A stretch of DNA of 64,000 bases from Lama guanicoe (Eukaryota). Numbering within the stretch: the stretch's first letter is position 1; each line of letters opens with the position of its first letter. This document shows positions 26,601-39,374 of this stretch, one piece after another. Under the pieces are notes generated by a model. That model was not told the DNA's origin and did not search any database. It saw nothing but the letters and a program-made list of their open reading frames with translations. The translations under genes were made by a program, and so were the position numbers. Location: the NCBI GenBank assembly GCA_013239625.1, contig MU054037.1, positions 374,001 to 438,000 of the forward strand, given 5' to 3'.

Positions 26601-27776
26601 CTTTTCTGCTCTGAATCTTAAAATGGTTTGCATGGAGACAAGGACTTGATTGACACTTAGCCATCAACCTGTTACATCAGATTCTTTGACTTGTCTTTGC
26701 AGGTTAGTCCATATGCTTTATTAAAGTTGTTATCAATTTTAAGGGAAGGAGTTGAGTCTTGATTTTGCATTCGTTAATTCTGAATTCAGGTTAGTGAGCT
26801 ATTAGAAAACGGAGAAGGCTGACTGTTTCAGCCCGAACTCCTGTTGGAGAAACACTTCAGAGGGATCATCGTGGTTGTAGTCACTAAATATGCTGTGTTT
26901 CCAGAATGGTCCCAGTTGAAAAATCTGTTCCCGTGAGCGCACCTGTGGTCTCATTTTTAGTTCAGCACAGGTACTTCTGTAAAGGGTTCAGGTCTGGACT
27001 TGGGTTTGCAAGTCGTAGTGCCCTGGTGTTCAGCTTGTGCTGCGCCCTTGGAGAACCAGCTCACACCACAGAAGCCCATGTGAGTTTGATTTGTTCCAGA
27101 GTCACAATTTAGACACTTACCCAAGCAGCATCTTTGCAGAGCAAACCGTATAACCACAGTGGCTGTGGATGTGCGGTGTTCCAAGGAACGACAGCTGTGT
27201 GAGGAACCAGAATAAGGTGAAATCAAAACAAAGGATTATGATGGCTTTCTCAAACTGTTTTCTTAGCTGCAGTGCCTCTTTGCTAAATGATATTGTATGT
27301 GGAACCTTAGCATATAAAACAGGTCCCAGCTGAGCAGGGGAGCTGGAACCCACACCTCTGGGCCTCCCCATCCCACCCAGCAGCAGGCCTGGGGGCTCTG
27401 GAACTCGGCATGGTAGACCAGAGACAGTGTGAGCACCCAAGCATCCCTCTCGGCCCCTGTTTCTCACTCAGACAGGCTGGGGTCCAGCTTTGCTTGTGGA
27501 ATTTCTCTTGAGAGGATCTTTGGCTATTTGTCCCCATGCTGGGGACAGGAGCAGATGTTGTGAACTACAGGGCTGTCTGATTGGGTGGGATCTCCAAACC
27601 CAGCTCTGAACAGTGGTCTGCCGTGGGGCAGCTTCCGGTGCTTGGCTCCTCCTCTGTCCGCTGGGCTCCCTGGTGTGGCTGGATGCCGGTGCAGGACGGG
27701 GGAAGCGGGGGACGTGTCACTTGGTTCTCTTACCGTAACTGAATGTCTCCTGATTATGTTTTGTTTTGTTCACTAG

Positions 27777-27824
27777 ATGATGATTCAGATCTGTACTCTC
27801 CTCGATATTCCTTTTCTGAAGACA
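27777..27824 (+). CDS. SORBS1: SORBS1 exon 9 (48 nt) (D)DDSDLYSPRYSFSED
   Basis: cactag|AT acceptor, GACA|gtaagt donor. Confidence 0.94.
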
Positions 27825-27948
27825 GTAAGTGACCGAGAATTTCTTGGTTGCAGGGGAGGAAGGGAGGGTGGTGAATGAGGGAAGCCATCTTCCTGTTTTC
27901 AGTTTTCATCTGTTTTAAAAGTCTTTTGCACCCCTTTTCCTTCTCCAG

Positions 27949-28078
27949 CAAAATCTCCCCTTTCTGTGCCTCGCTCAAAAAGTGAGATGAACTATATTGA
28001 TGGTGAGAAGGTAGTTAAGAGGTCGGCCACACTTCCCCTCCCGACCCGCTCTTCTTCGCTAAAATCAAGCCCAGAGAG
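27949..28078 (+). CDS. SORBS1: SORBS1 exon 10 (130 nt) (T)KSPLSVPRSKSEMNYIDGEKVVKRSATLPLPTRSSSLKSSPE
   Basis: ctccag|CA acceptor, GAG|gtaagt donor; preceded by a 124-nt intron. Confidence 0.95.
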
Positions 28079-28134
28079 GTAAGTGCTCTCATCCACAGAC
28101 TACCGTGAAGTACACCACTCCGCTGAGTCAGGCA

Positions 28135-28340
28135 GCCCTGAAGCCAGGAGTCAAGCTCACCTGATTTTGAATCCCTGCTCTGTCACTTATTAGAAGTGAC
28201 TTACTTTTTCTGAATCTCAGTGTCCTCATCTGTAAAATGGGGATACATTTTACATTTGTAGGGATGTTTCAAGGATAAAACAAGATCATGCACATAACAT
28301 TTCTAGTAGTGCCTGGCTCATAGTCTGGGCTTAAATGATG
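28135..28340 (+). mobile_element. MIR SINE
   Basis: Core tctcagtgtcctcatctgtaaaatgggg. Many other MIR-like remnants, e.g. about 13825-14065, 15990-16085, 29215-29390 (-) and 32510-32730. Confidence 0.7.
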
Positions 28341-29760
28341 ATAATTACCATCACTTTTTACCTTTTCACGAGAGAAATCTTAGCTGGAAGATTTGTCATG
28401 TGTTTTTATACACTTTGTGCATGTTCGTGGCCTGTAGCAGAGAATATCATTTTAAAATGATGCCACATTTAAATATCTATTTACTTAGGCAACACGTTAT
28501 CAAAACATAAGGCTTGGACTGGTTGTCCTGATGACGTTAGTCATCTCTTAATGCCCGCAGTAGATGACCCAATTTTCTTTCATTGAGTCTTACGCCTCTG
28601 AAACAGCCTCCTGTGCCCTCTGAACCAGGGTCCCAAGCATCTTACAGCTCTGTGTTCCACCACTGCTGAACAAAAAAAAGGCTCTGGCCAGACTATTATT
28701 TACTTTTCCCTTTAATACACAGTCAATTTTATACCTTCATACGTTTTCCATCTTCCTAGACAAATGAAATTCTGTTATTAAAATCCCACATGTACGTAAG
28801 TGACATCTGCGTGAGGCGTTTGATAATTAACTTGGAAGGAAGACTGGGTACGCCCATAAATCCTTCTGAGTGCATTCATCAAGCTCCTACTGGATGCATT
28901 CTGCTTGCAGATTGAACCAGATGCCATGGAGAAATTTAAACATATCTCAGTCATTGTCCCTGCCTTCAAGAAGTGTACAGCCTTGCAGGGAAAGCTGAAC
29001 ATAATCAGAGTGCAAAGTGCAATTATGTGCATGCATAAAAAAATTTGCAGACAACCTCCGAGGATTCATGTATCCTCTGAAACACATCCCTGGATCAGGT
29101 TAAGTCTTTGTGCAAAGGCTGCAGTTTTGGTGATTACTGGGGTGGGGTATGGAATAGGAAGGAACATGGTTATAATAGCAGATAACACTGACTGAGTGGT
29201 TACTCTGGGCCTGGTGCTCTGCTAAGTGACTTACATGCTGAGACATCCTGCTTCTTTTAATCCTGACAACACCCCCATTTTTCGGATGAGGAAACTGAGG
29301 TAACAAGATGAAGTGCTCGGCCCAGATCACCTAGTTCGCAAGTGCTGTCGCAGGGGCTGGAGCCCCAGCTGACGGGCTCCGGGACCTGCGTTCTCTCTCG
29401 GGCACTAGCGTGAGTGGAAGTACAGGCATGTTTGGGGAATGATAAGCTCCCGAGAGCAGAGCAAGGTGAAAGATTTCTCCAGAGCGAGCTTTGCTCCGGC
29501 TGCTGCTTCCCCTCTTCTCTCTCTCTTCCCTCTGCTGCCTGGTGCCTGGTTGTGAGCTCAGGACACTGCAGACCTTTTGTGAAGCAGAGATCTAACTGGT
29601 TGTTTTAAGAAGGAAACCAGCACAACTAAATGCTGCGTGCTGAGTCCGATTTTGTGCCTCAGATACAAAACTTCCTTGATTAGACTACCGTCAGCCGAAG
29701 TCAGACCTGTCGGATGCCAGTTTTCATGAAAATAGCACTAATAGGATTTTCTTCCTACAG

Positions 29761-29875
29761 AAACGACTGGGAGCCCCCAGATAAGAAAGTGGATACAAGA
29801 AAATACCGGGCAGAGCCCAAAAGCATTTACGAATATCAGCCGGGCAAGTCCTCCGTTCTGACCAACGAAAAGATG
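29761..29875 (+). CDS. SORBS1: SORBS1 exon 11 (115 nt) (R)[38 protein letters not shown]
   Basis: cctacag|A acceptor, ATG|gtaatg donor. Confidence 0.97.
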
Positions 29876-32035
29876 GTAATGTGCACACTGAAGTTCTTTT
29901 GTCTCACCCTGCCCGTGTTCTTTAATCCGGATGCGTTGTGCACTTGGATTTCATTCTTTCTCCCTTGAGACAGACTTGCTTTGTTTAGAAGACAATGAAA
30001 AAATGAAGTATTTTTACCCTTTTCATTTTTGCAGGTATTCACAAAATAAGTCCCGAGAGTCTGCTCTGAAAGAACCCTCTCCTTGTGGCTTTGCTGCTGT
30101 TTCTGTGCGTGGTTTTCACTAATTTAAAAAATAGTTTTCTAATGTAAAGATTGATTTTGCCACTGTCTTTTTTAAAATGTTTAACCATTCATTTATCAGG
30201 CTTGTTACTAACTGGACTGCAGTCAGGGTTTTTGCTGTTGTTTTTTTTTTTAAAGGGATGCCTTATTTGCATAAACTTGTGGAAGCTACTAGTACTTCAT
30301 CAAAAGCCAAATAATTTGTATGATGATGTGACTGGGGGGGAAGAAAGCCCCAGGCTGTTAAAACCTGCCTCTTCTGACAAATGTAATAGGACGAATTTCA
30401 TATCCAATCTGGTTTATGGTTCCCTACGCGAGTTCACAGCTCCAAACAACTACAGCGGGGATGGCCTGTAGGAGCCTGGTGGGCCGCCCTGCAAAAGCAG
30501 GGAAGGATTTTCACAGCCTGAGTAGCTTCATGTCTGCCGATCACGCTTCCTTTTATTCACCCTTCATTAGAAAAAGTTGGTTTGAGAATTCTGACCGTGG
30601 TTAAGGGGATCCTCCACAGCTCCGTAAACAGTGCAGCCCCCAGCCGTGCCAGCAGGTCAGAATGACCGTGCTGGGGACTGGCTCTTGTTAAGATGCTGTT
30701 ACCGGTGGCACGAGTACAGAATAATTAGGCCTCGGAAATGAGGGTTCAAACTATTCCCTGCATGCCCCCCCACCTCTTTTGCTCTACATATCTTTAAAGA
30801 ATAATTGATTTGACTTTTACTAAAATACAGAGGTGACATCTTTAGAAGCACAAAGGGATAAAGGTTCACCAGTTCACAAAAATGCTTCGGGGTTGTCATT
30901 CTGCTGCATTTCCTGTGCAGCACAGTTATTTTAAGCAGAAAGTTCTGAGGGGAGCAGAGAGGTTTGCCTCTGGCTCAACCCTTTGGTGGAGGTTCTCTCT
31001 CTGTTAGAAGGTTGCAGACACAGACACGGAAGGTCACCTTCCACACAGGTGTTCCTGGAAAGAAAGTCCCGCCCTTTGAGTACATTCCTGACACTTGAAT
31101 AGGCCATGGACACATCGTCACATGTCAAGACACTTCAGTGATTTTAGAGACCCTGCAGGCCTTCGGGTGCTTTCATCTTGGTAATATTATTGTTCGTAGA
31201 TGGTCATTGCTTTCATGGAAGGCTTGGCCCTTAATTTCTCCTTTGTTCCTTCCTCCTTTCCTTGGGTCCTAATATTTTGACCACTGTTCAAAACTAGGGG
31301 AAAAAAAAAACCTCGTTTTGTTTTTCTCATTGATACCACAGTGGTCATAGTACCGTCCGTAGCATCATCCTTGGGATTGTTTATATTGTTTTTACAAACC
31401 TCCAAAAGTCTCTGGTTTGCCAGAATTTGAGAAACCTCTTTTCCCCAACCACCACACACACACATGCTCGCGCGCACACTCACACACGTTTTTGTTGTGT
31501 TAACTGTAACTAAGTATACCAACTAGAGACAGAGGTAGAATCTAAATTTGCTCTCAGAAATGCACATCTCCTTTTAGGGGGAAAAAAACCCACTCCCCAC
31601 CACCAGTTTTCTTTTCCAACTGGAAGTGCTCGTGTCTGCTTAAGCCTGGTGGTTTAAATTGTGACTTCCCAGGCACATGTACCTGTTGTTTGCCAGAAGA
31701 GTTGAAGGGTTGATGCCTTAGAGCTCGTCTTGTCCCCGGGGTGAAGTCACAGCATCCCAGACAAGCGCTGTGCTACCTTCAGATCCCCCCAGGAGAGTCA
31801 CAGCCTTGGTGACCTGTTCAGCTGTTCGGCAAACTCAGACGACTTTCTTCACAGCTGTTTGGTGCCCCTCTTATCAGAGTGTGAGTCCGTGTCCTTCTCT
31901 CCTGGCCTTGGGAGAGGGGAGCTATTGGTCAGTCCCTGCTTTGTCCGAAATAGCTTTTTTTCAGGCTGCGTTTCTTTTACTTTCCCCCAGAGTCCCTTAC
32001 AGAGCTGAATGTCAGCTCACTTCAACAAATATATA

Positions 32036-32238
32036 CAATTGACCCTTGAACAACACAGGTTTGAACTGCGTGGTCCACTTACCTGCAGATTTTTTTTTTC
32101 ATTATTAAATACTACAGTGCGACATGATCCGTGGTTGGTTGAATCCCTGGATAGAGAGAAACCATGACTATAGAGGGCCAACTATGGGATTTTCAACTGC
32201 GTGCACCCCTAATCCCTGTGTTGTTCAAGGGTCAGCTG
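32036..32238. mobile_element. Tigger2-derived MITE (TcMar-Tigger)
   Basis: 24-bp TIRs caattgacccttgaacaacacagg / cctgtgttgttcaagggtcagctg (22/24 match), flanked by TA target duplications. Confidence 0.9.
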
Positions 32239-33349
32239 TATAAAGTAATGTTTATGTGCTAAGCCCTGGCTTAGATGCTGGGGTCCCTGCTTCCCCAGGG
32301 TGTAGTGGGAAGGAAGGACATTAAAATAGTAATTACAGGTATATATTTGGAAGCATAAAACAAGGGGACTTACCCAACTTGGTCTCCGCCCGAGCCACAG
32401 TCACCTTGAGTTCCTTCCTGACTTCTCAAATTTGTCACTCACCCCTGCTTTAGCTTGGCATCACCCGCAAACTTAGTGGGCCTGCCCGCTTTCATGGGGA
32501 CTGAGAGAGGGTAAAGACACTGGACTGGGAGTCAGAAGACCTGAGTTCTGAGGTCACATTCCAACTCTGCCTTATGTTTTAGGGCATCACATAACCTTTC
32601 TGAACCACAATGTTTTCATCTGTGAAATAGTTGTTATCTGGCCTGCCAACCAAACTGAAGTGTGGAGTGAGCAGATCCCATGTGATAATGTGGGTAAAAG
32701 AACTGTGAACATTATAAAGTGTTGTGTAAATGAACGTACCACATTCAGATTATTTAATTAAAATTTGAAGCTAGTCTCTGGCTCCTGTCCAAGCAGCAAG
32801 ACTGTCCTTGGGGACAATCGGGCATTTCCCTCATGAGTCACCTGTTCTTTCTAAGGATGTTGCCAAGCTGGGAGAAGATAGCCCCTGGGAGCAGGGAACT
32901 TAGCCTGGCCTTGTGGAATCTGCTCTGCCTGCCAGTAGAAAGAGCCTGTTCTGCAGCCAGAAGGATGTTTTCTGTTTGCCCGCTCCATAATTGGACCTAT
33001 GGTGGAGTTATAAATGGCAGAATCAAACACAGTGTGAGTGCTGTGTGGCGTTGCCCCTTTAACTTTCTCTCTGAGCAGCTCAGAGCGCTGAGGCCAGCCG
33101 CTCTGGGCCCAAGCTGGTGACATATCTCCTCATTCAATTCTCAGCACAGTATTAATCTCAGCAGTAAAACAATCTGCAAACAACCTTTGACAATAAAATG
33201 GGTTAATTCCTTCTGAACTGAGTACCAAAATATTTAGGCAGTTTCCTAAAAGAGTTGGTACATTTTATTTTAGTTTTTTAATGAAAAAAAAAAACAAACC
33301 TATTCCCAGAGAGCAGTTTATAAATAGTCTTTAAAAATAATAAACATGA

Positions 33350-33484
33350 GCAGGAGGTAGGGTGTAGCTCAGTGGTAGAGCGTGTGCTTAGCATGCATGA
33401 GGTTTTGGGTTCAATCCCAAGTCCCTCCATTAAAAATAAATAAATAAACCTAATTATCCACACACACACACACAAATATAAAAT
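33350..33484 (+). mobile_element. tRNA-derived SINE (Vic-1-like, camelid)
   Basis: tagctcagtggtagagcgtgtgcttagcatgcatgagg...gggttcaatccc, A-rich/(CA)n tail. 16-bp TSD aaaataataaacatga at 33334-33349 and 33485-33500, at a TT/AAAA site. Confidence 0.92.
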
Positions 33485-35240
33485 AAAATAATAAACATGA
33501 AATGGGTTTCCTGAAACCCCATCATGTAAGGATCCAGGGGGTCCCAGTGTCTACACTGCCCCTCCTTGTAACTGTTGTACCTCATTTCACTCAATAAACA
33601 CAGAAGCCACTTAGAATCCATTACTTCACGTAATTACAGAATCTGCTGAAAAGGAACATGGATTCCCCTTCAGGACTTAAGCCCTGCATCCCTCCAGACA
33701 ATTGGAGGAAGTTTTACTCTGGATACAAGAGGACAGTCTGTTTCCATATATATTTCCCTTTGATTTCAGCTAAGTTCTATCCAGTTAATTTCAGTGAAAG
33801 AAAAATTCTCTGCCAGGTCTCCCTCTGTTTAAAGCAAAAGTAGAAATAATGGTAAAGATTCTTATAGGGGTTTTAGAAGAGATTGGTAAAGGTCACCTAG
33901 AAAGTTTGCAGCCATTTCAACGAGCTACTAAAGGCCTGTTAACTGAATGTTCAGAAAAACACACCTGGGAGGAGCTGCTTTGTGGGGGAGTCACTTGGAG
34001 ATGCAGCCAGTTTCCTTCCTCTTGTGTTGTAGCCTTGAGGGCCTGAAGTTTCTGTATGATGTTTTCCACCTCTGTGGAAAATGTACATTTTCTATTTCAT
34101 ATAGTTGTCAGAATATCACCATCTCTCTCTTTTGTGATTATCAAGTTTTTCTGAAATGTATTTACACATATGAATTAAGCTAGCACTTTTGTCTGACATG
34201 AACGTATCTCCAGTTTGTGAAGGGGAAACCTGATTTGCTTTCCAGGCATTCATTTTCCAACTAATTGTTTCCAGAAACACATGCTCTTCCACAGAGCAAG
34301 GTACCAGAACGTCCTAAATATTTGATGAAACATGAAATCCCATGGAATCAAATTATCAGTCTGTGAACCACCTCTTAAGAGTTATATAAAATGAGAAATC
34401 TAACTTATTTTTGTAATGTAACCCAGAAGTTTTTTTCCCTTGTTGTTCTGTGATCTGTCTTGTCCTGCTTTTCCCTCACTTTGTTTTTTTTTTCCAGTTC
34501 TTTAACATTTATTTCTTAGAACTCAAAGTGTATTCTGTCTGTATTCATCCCGCACAGATGCTTGTTTAAAATGTTTTTTTCACTTGTATCTTCTGTTTTT
34601 ACTTACATCATCTTTCACTTTACTGTGTGTGGAACATGGTTTCTCACCTACTCATGTGCCATTAAAGATGCAGTATTAACAAACTGGCTTTTATAAAAGC
34701 GTCAGTATTTGCTGTTTATTTTGAAAGCCTTAAGGCAGACTTGCAAATGAGTACTAAAACTGTACTAGCCCATAAGAAGTGTTCGCTCTACTTATCTGGC
34801 GTGGATGTCTCAATGTTTGGTGTGTTCGCCAGGTTATTTGGTGGTAACTAATAGCTCTTTGTAAAGGGGAAATAAGGGCTCTCTCTTCTCCCACCGCCCC
34901 GACAGTTACTGAGGAATACTGTTACGCCCGTATTCAGAATTGTTGTGACAGCAGCAGCGCTCTCCATCTGCAGTCCCTCTGCCTGGGAACCGAGAATGAT
35001 TCATGCCCTGCTCCCTACCTCAGTGTGCCTGTTTTCATAAACACATCCTTTCCCACCTGTGTTAGCTCCCTGATTTTGCTATTGTCAGTTTGAAAAAGAA
35101 AAAAATGGATGATTGCTGCTGTTGAGTGCAGGTGCTGTATATTTCTGGAAACCACTGCATCTCTACTGGCCGGTTCCTATGTAATCTCTGCATAATGTTA
35201 TCCTTCTCTCTCTTCCATTTCCCTATCACCAACCCTATAG

Positions 35241-35324
35241 AGTCGGGATATAAGCCCAGAAGAGATAGATTTAAAGAATGAACCTTGGTATAAATTCTTT
35301 TCGGAATTGGAGTTTGGGAAACCG
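35241..35324 (+). CDS. SORBS1: SORBS1 exon 12 (84 nt) SRDISPEEIDLKNEPWYKFFSELEFGKP
   Basis: ctatag|AGT acceptor, CCG|gtaagt donor, phase 0-0. Confidence 0.94.
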
Positions 35325-36523
35325 GTAAGTTTAATAGCTTCAGCGGTTATAGACACCTTTTTAAATAATGCTCTTGATGCATTGTTGCTGCTAAAGAATT
35401 AGATCTATTTGTAAGGAACTCAGGCCGTGGGGAGCAGCCTTACTGGCTGTCAGTGGTGGGACTGTCTAGTCTCACTACAGCCTGTAAGCTTTCTATTGCT
35501 TTGCTTCCCCAAGATCAGACAGTGAGCTCTGGAAAGTATTTCTTGGCTAGAAGATCCCAGGGAGACACAGCTAAAGCATTACTTGTCTAGGACCTCCTAC
35601 CAGTAGCAACAAATATAACACACCTTGTGTATTGCATTATTTCAGCCATTGATTCAGTTTCTTGACCAAAGTCTTGTCCTGAAGACAAGCAGGAAAACAC
35701 ATTACACACTGAGAAGGACCAGCATTGTCACTGCTTTAAGTAGAAATTTTAAAAGCACATATGCAAGGAAAGTGCCACAGCAAGCCAAAAAGGGCTTCTC
35801 TGTGCAGATGTGATCTGCGGATGCCACCCCATCACAGGTGACTTTTAGGGAATGATTCCTGTTAGGTAAAGTACTATTTCCCAAAATTAGAAATGGGAGC
35901 TAGCAATGCTAGCAAACTTAGTGTTCACCCTACTATCCTATAGCTTCCCTGTGATGTGTCTGAGTTGACTTTGGTACAAATTGATTTTTGGCACTTAAAA
36001 GAGAATTTTCTTGACCCTGCACCCAAATGAATATCAAACAGAAGGGAGAACTGAGCTCATTTTTCCACTGGAGATGACTGGAAACTGACTTTAAAACTTC
36101 GTTATTTTAAAGTCTTAATTACGACAGCCACAAAAAGAATTTACAGGTGGTGGGAATAAGCATATAAAACTAGAACATTTTATTAGATGTTTATATGAGA
36201 CTTTAAGCATTGAATCCAGCATTTGAATCACTGTGATTTAGAACGATAGTTTTATTTGCAGATAGCAATTAACTTTATAGTTCAGTAAGATGTCAAATTC
36301 CCTAGTATTTTTTTCTTTCCCTAGTGTATTTTTTAAGACAAAGACAGCAGGTGCTCTTGAATTGCTGATTTGATTTAGTGATGCTGAGCTTTGACTGTTC
36401 AGGCATCTTCTAAGTTAGGAGCACCTAACTTGCAAACACCCTGCTTGTAGGAACAGGCATTCCTCCCACCTTGTCCCCTCCCAGACACTGCCGCCTAATA
36501 GCAGCTAAGGGGTCATGAGTGAA

Positions 36524-36542
36524 CAGCGCCACCTAGTGACCA
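36524..36542 (-). promoter_or_regulatory. Candidate CTCF site
   Basis: Reverse complement tggtcactaggtggcgctg closely matches the CTCF core consensus. Confidence 0.6.
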
Positions 36543-39277
36543 GTGGAGAGAAACATATCTAACCCAAAGTGCACCATCTCCTCCCCTCCCCAAAGCTTTG
36601 GTGCACACCTCACTTCTCTCTCTCCCTTCTTCCTCTGCTGCCCACCATTCAGATATGAGTGAAGCCTACCTCAGGCAGTCTTTTCCGCATGCAAATGTTT
36701 AACAACATCCTAACCCTTTTTCTTTTTCTTAAAACCTACTCAATTATCTCACGGATCTTTTGAAATGTAGGCCCCTCCCACACCCCCAAAAGGACCATGA
36801 TTGGTGTACGTAACAATAATGCCATACTTTCATCAGGAAAAGCAAAAGCTATTAGTTTTAAATTATGTATAATAAGGAGTTCATGCCACTGATTTTTGAA
36901 GTCCTTTTCAGAATTCACAAATTTCTAGCTGTCTAATGTGCCAAATAACCAAGTTTTACTGAAATACTGACTTTTAGGAAAAGTTACGAAGCCATTTTTT
37001 TCTAATTAGTTGTGATTGATTTGTTTTTTTTACTAAATCTGTCATTTGTAAATACTTCTATTTTTGTTAGCAATAGACAGTATTTCAGTCACAGCATACT
37101 TAAATAGGCTCTGTGAATACTTCAGTAAATGAACAGTGTTTCTACTGGAAACTGTGGTGTGAGCACCACACAGCCAATCCAGACAAACGTTGAGAACACA
37201 GTCCATTGTGTTTTGGGACCTTCCTATCATTTGTACTCCCGCCCTGTTGTCCTAACTGCCGCTTAATTATTTAAAGACTTAGAGATGTCTTTAAATAAGA
37301 GATGCTTTTCTACAATGTCATTTTCTCTGACCACAGAGTATTTCTTGCATAGACCTTAGAGTCCTTAAATGGGACTAGATGGGGCTTTTGAAGACTTGCC
37401 AAAATGACTAAGTCAAGTGCCCTTACCCTGAGGAACAGCGTTTTGATGGACAGGTCCTTATGGTCCAAGGCGTCCTAAGGGTGGGCTTATCATATAGTTG
37501 AACCAAGTTGATGACTGGCTATTATTTCCAGGGTTTGGGAAGGTGTAGTGGGGAGAAACATTTTCTTCTCTTCAGTTCTCTCCTACCCCAGTCAACTCTG
37601 GGCCACAAAAGAGCAAGAGACACAAGGAAAAGGCATTTAAACCGTGGAAATTGTTTTGGAAGATTTTCTAGTCATTCAGAAGCAGAATGAAATGAAAACT
37701 ATCAAATCATGTGGATCATCATTTTTCCTTTTTATTCCACACCCACCCAGGCTCTGCTTCCCCCCAGGGAGGAAAGCCTGCCTGAGCTGAAGGCGTTTAC
37801 CCTGCACTCCCTTCTTCCTTGGCCCCTTTACTAAAAGGCACACAAAAGAAGCTGAAGTTTCAGCGAGCTCCTGACAGTAACACCTTTTTGTTCCAACAAG
37901 TTGTTGCCGAATATCAAATAATTCAAGACTCCGTAGAGCATTTAGGGGAAGATTATTTAAAACAATTCAATTTGTAAGCACTGTCTTTTTTTTTTTTTTG
38001 CAGTAAGTAAAGAAATGAATGGGGGTGCTGTCAGTGAGTTTAAAAAGTCTTCTTCCCCAGATGAACATTCCAAGTGTATTAAGCACTTAAAAATGAGTGA
38101 ATATTGTTAATGGCGCTCACTTTACAAATTGCAGAATGTGTGTATACAGAGATCCCAGTTGATGTCAGTGGTGAAGGCACCCTAAATCAGATTACTTGTC
38201 ATTTGTAAATTCATTATAAAGGGCCTGGGTGTCAGCTTTTTCTTCTTTCCCTGCCCTAATTTCTATAGAAACTGATGTGATTTCTGTAAATAAGCTCAAG
38301 ACAAAATGTAAAACCAATTTGAATGCTTCCATAGAATTAGCAATGATGAAATTTGCACAAGATTGTAGAAGTTATTAATGGTCTCATCTTCCTGGAGGTC
38401 ATTGTGTAAGAAATTTCAAGTCTAAGTAGGGAGAGAAAAGTTTACTCAGTGGGAGAAAGGTTCAGGGTTAGGAGTGGCTTGTAGCTTCCAGACATCCTAC
38501 TTTCTGAATCCTTCCCTCATTAAACTTACAACTCCGGGCAGATTTCCACCTTGGGGATGCAGCTCTAACATGAAGAGTTAAAGGAGAAAAAACAAAAATA
38601 ACCTTACAGGTCAGTATTTAAATTCAAAATATAAACTCTGTCCTCTGAGGGAGGTAGAAGGTGTGTCTTTACCACTCGCAGTGCTACCCAAGTCTAGTAA
38701 ACTGGAAAAGGAGATGGTTTTAATTTATGAGATTGTCTGGTTACTCAGCACAGTACTTAACACCCATTTTGTACATAGATTTCATTGTCAGGAACCACAG
38801 AAAGCACATTTACCTCCATTTGCCCTCCATTGGTCAGATTTCCAGATCCACACATTTAGGAACACAAATGAATTTGATGGCAGGGAAGACTGCTTCAAAG
38901 ACATAGGATCTCAGGGTCGATCTTGGTTGGAAAAGAACAACGAGGGATTTAAGTGTTTCCCTTTTTGTTCAAATTGGCATTCATACTCTTTTCGTCCTTT
39001 GTTCCTTTCAAAGTTTTCGGTATTTAAAATCCAACAACGATTGACTCTTGAGACGCAGACGTGGAACAAATTCCCCACTTGGCATTTCCAGCCCCCGAGT
39101 TCCGTGGGGTCCCCAGGCGGTCTCAGGAGGCAGGGCGCCCGCTCCTTCTGTTTTTAGTTCACTTTTCCGTGTTGGGACAGTTCTCCCAGTGTTGCCCCTC
39201 CTTGTTTGAGCGAGTCTCCATGTTTGTCTCTATGTCTTTATGCTCATTTCTTCATTTCCTCCTCTGCTTCCCGTCAG

Positions 39278-39343
39278 CCTCCCAAAAAGATATGGGATTA
39301 TACTCCTGGAGACTGCTCTATCCTTCCTAGAGAGGATAGAAAG
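39278..39343 (+). CDS. SORBS1: SORBS1 exon 13 (66 nt) PPKKIWDYTPGDCSILPREDRK
   Basis: gtcag|CCT acceptor, AAG|gtaatt donor, phase 0-0. Confidence 0.94.
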
Positions 39344-39374
39344 GTAATTCCGCTGTGCCTCCTCCCGTGGGCTC

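Noticed and set aside
33350..33430. tRNA-like sequences (also at 20745-20816 and 55998-56070) as tRNA genes
   Set aside because: They have A-rich tails and target-site duplications and differ from each other, so they are SINEs.
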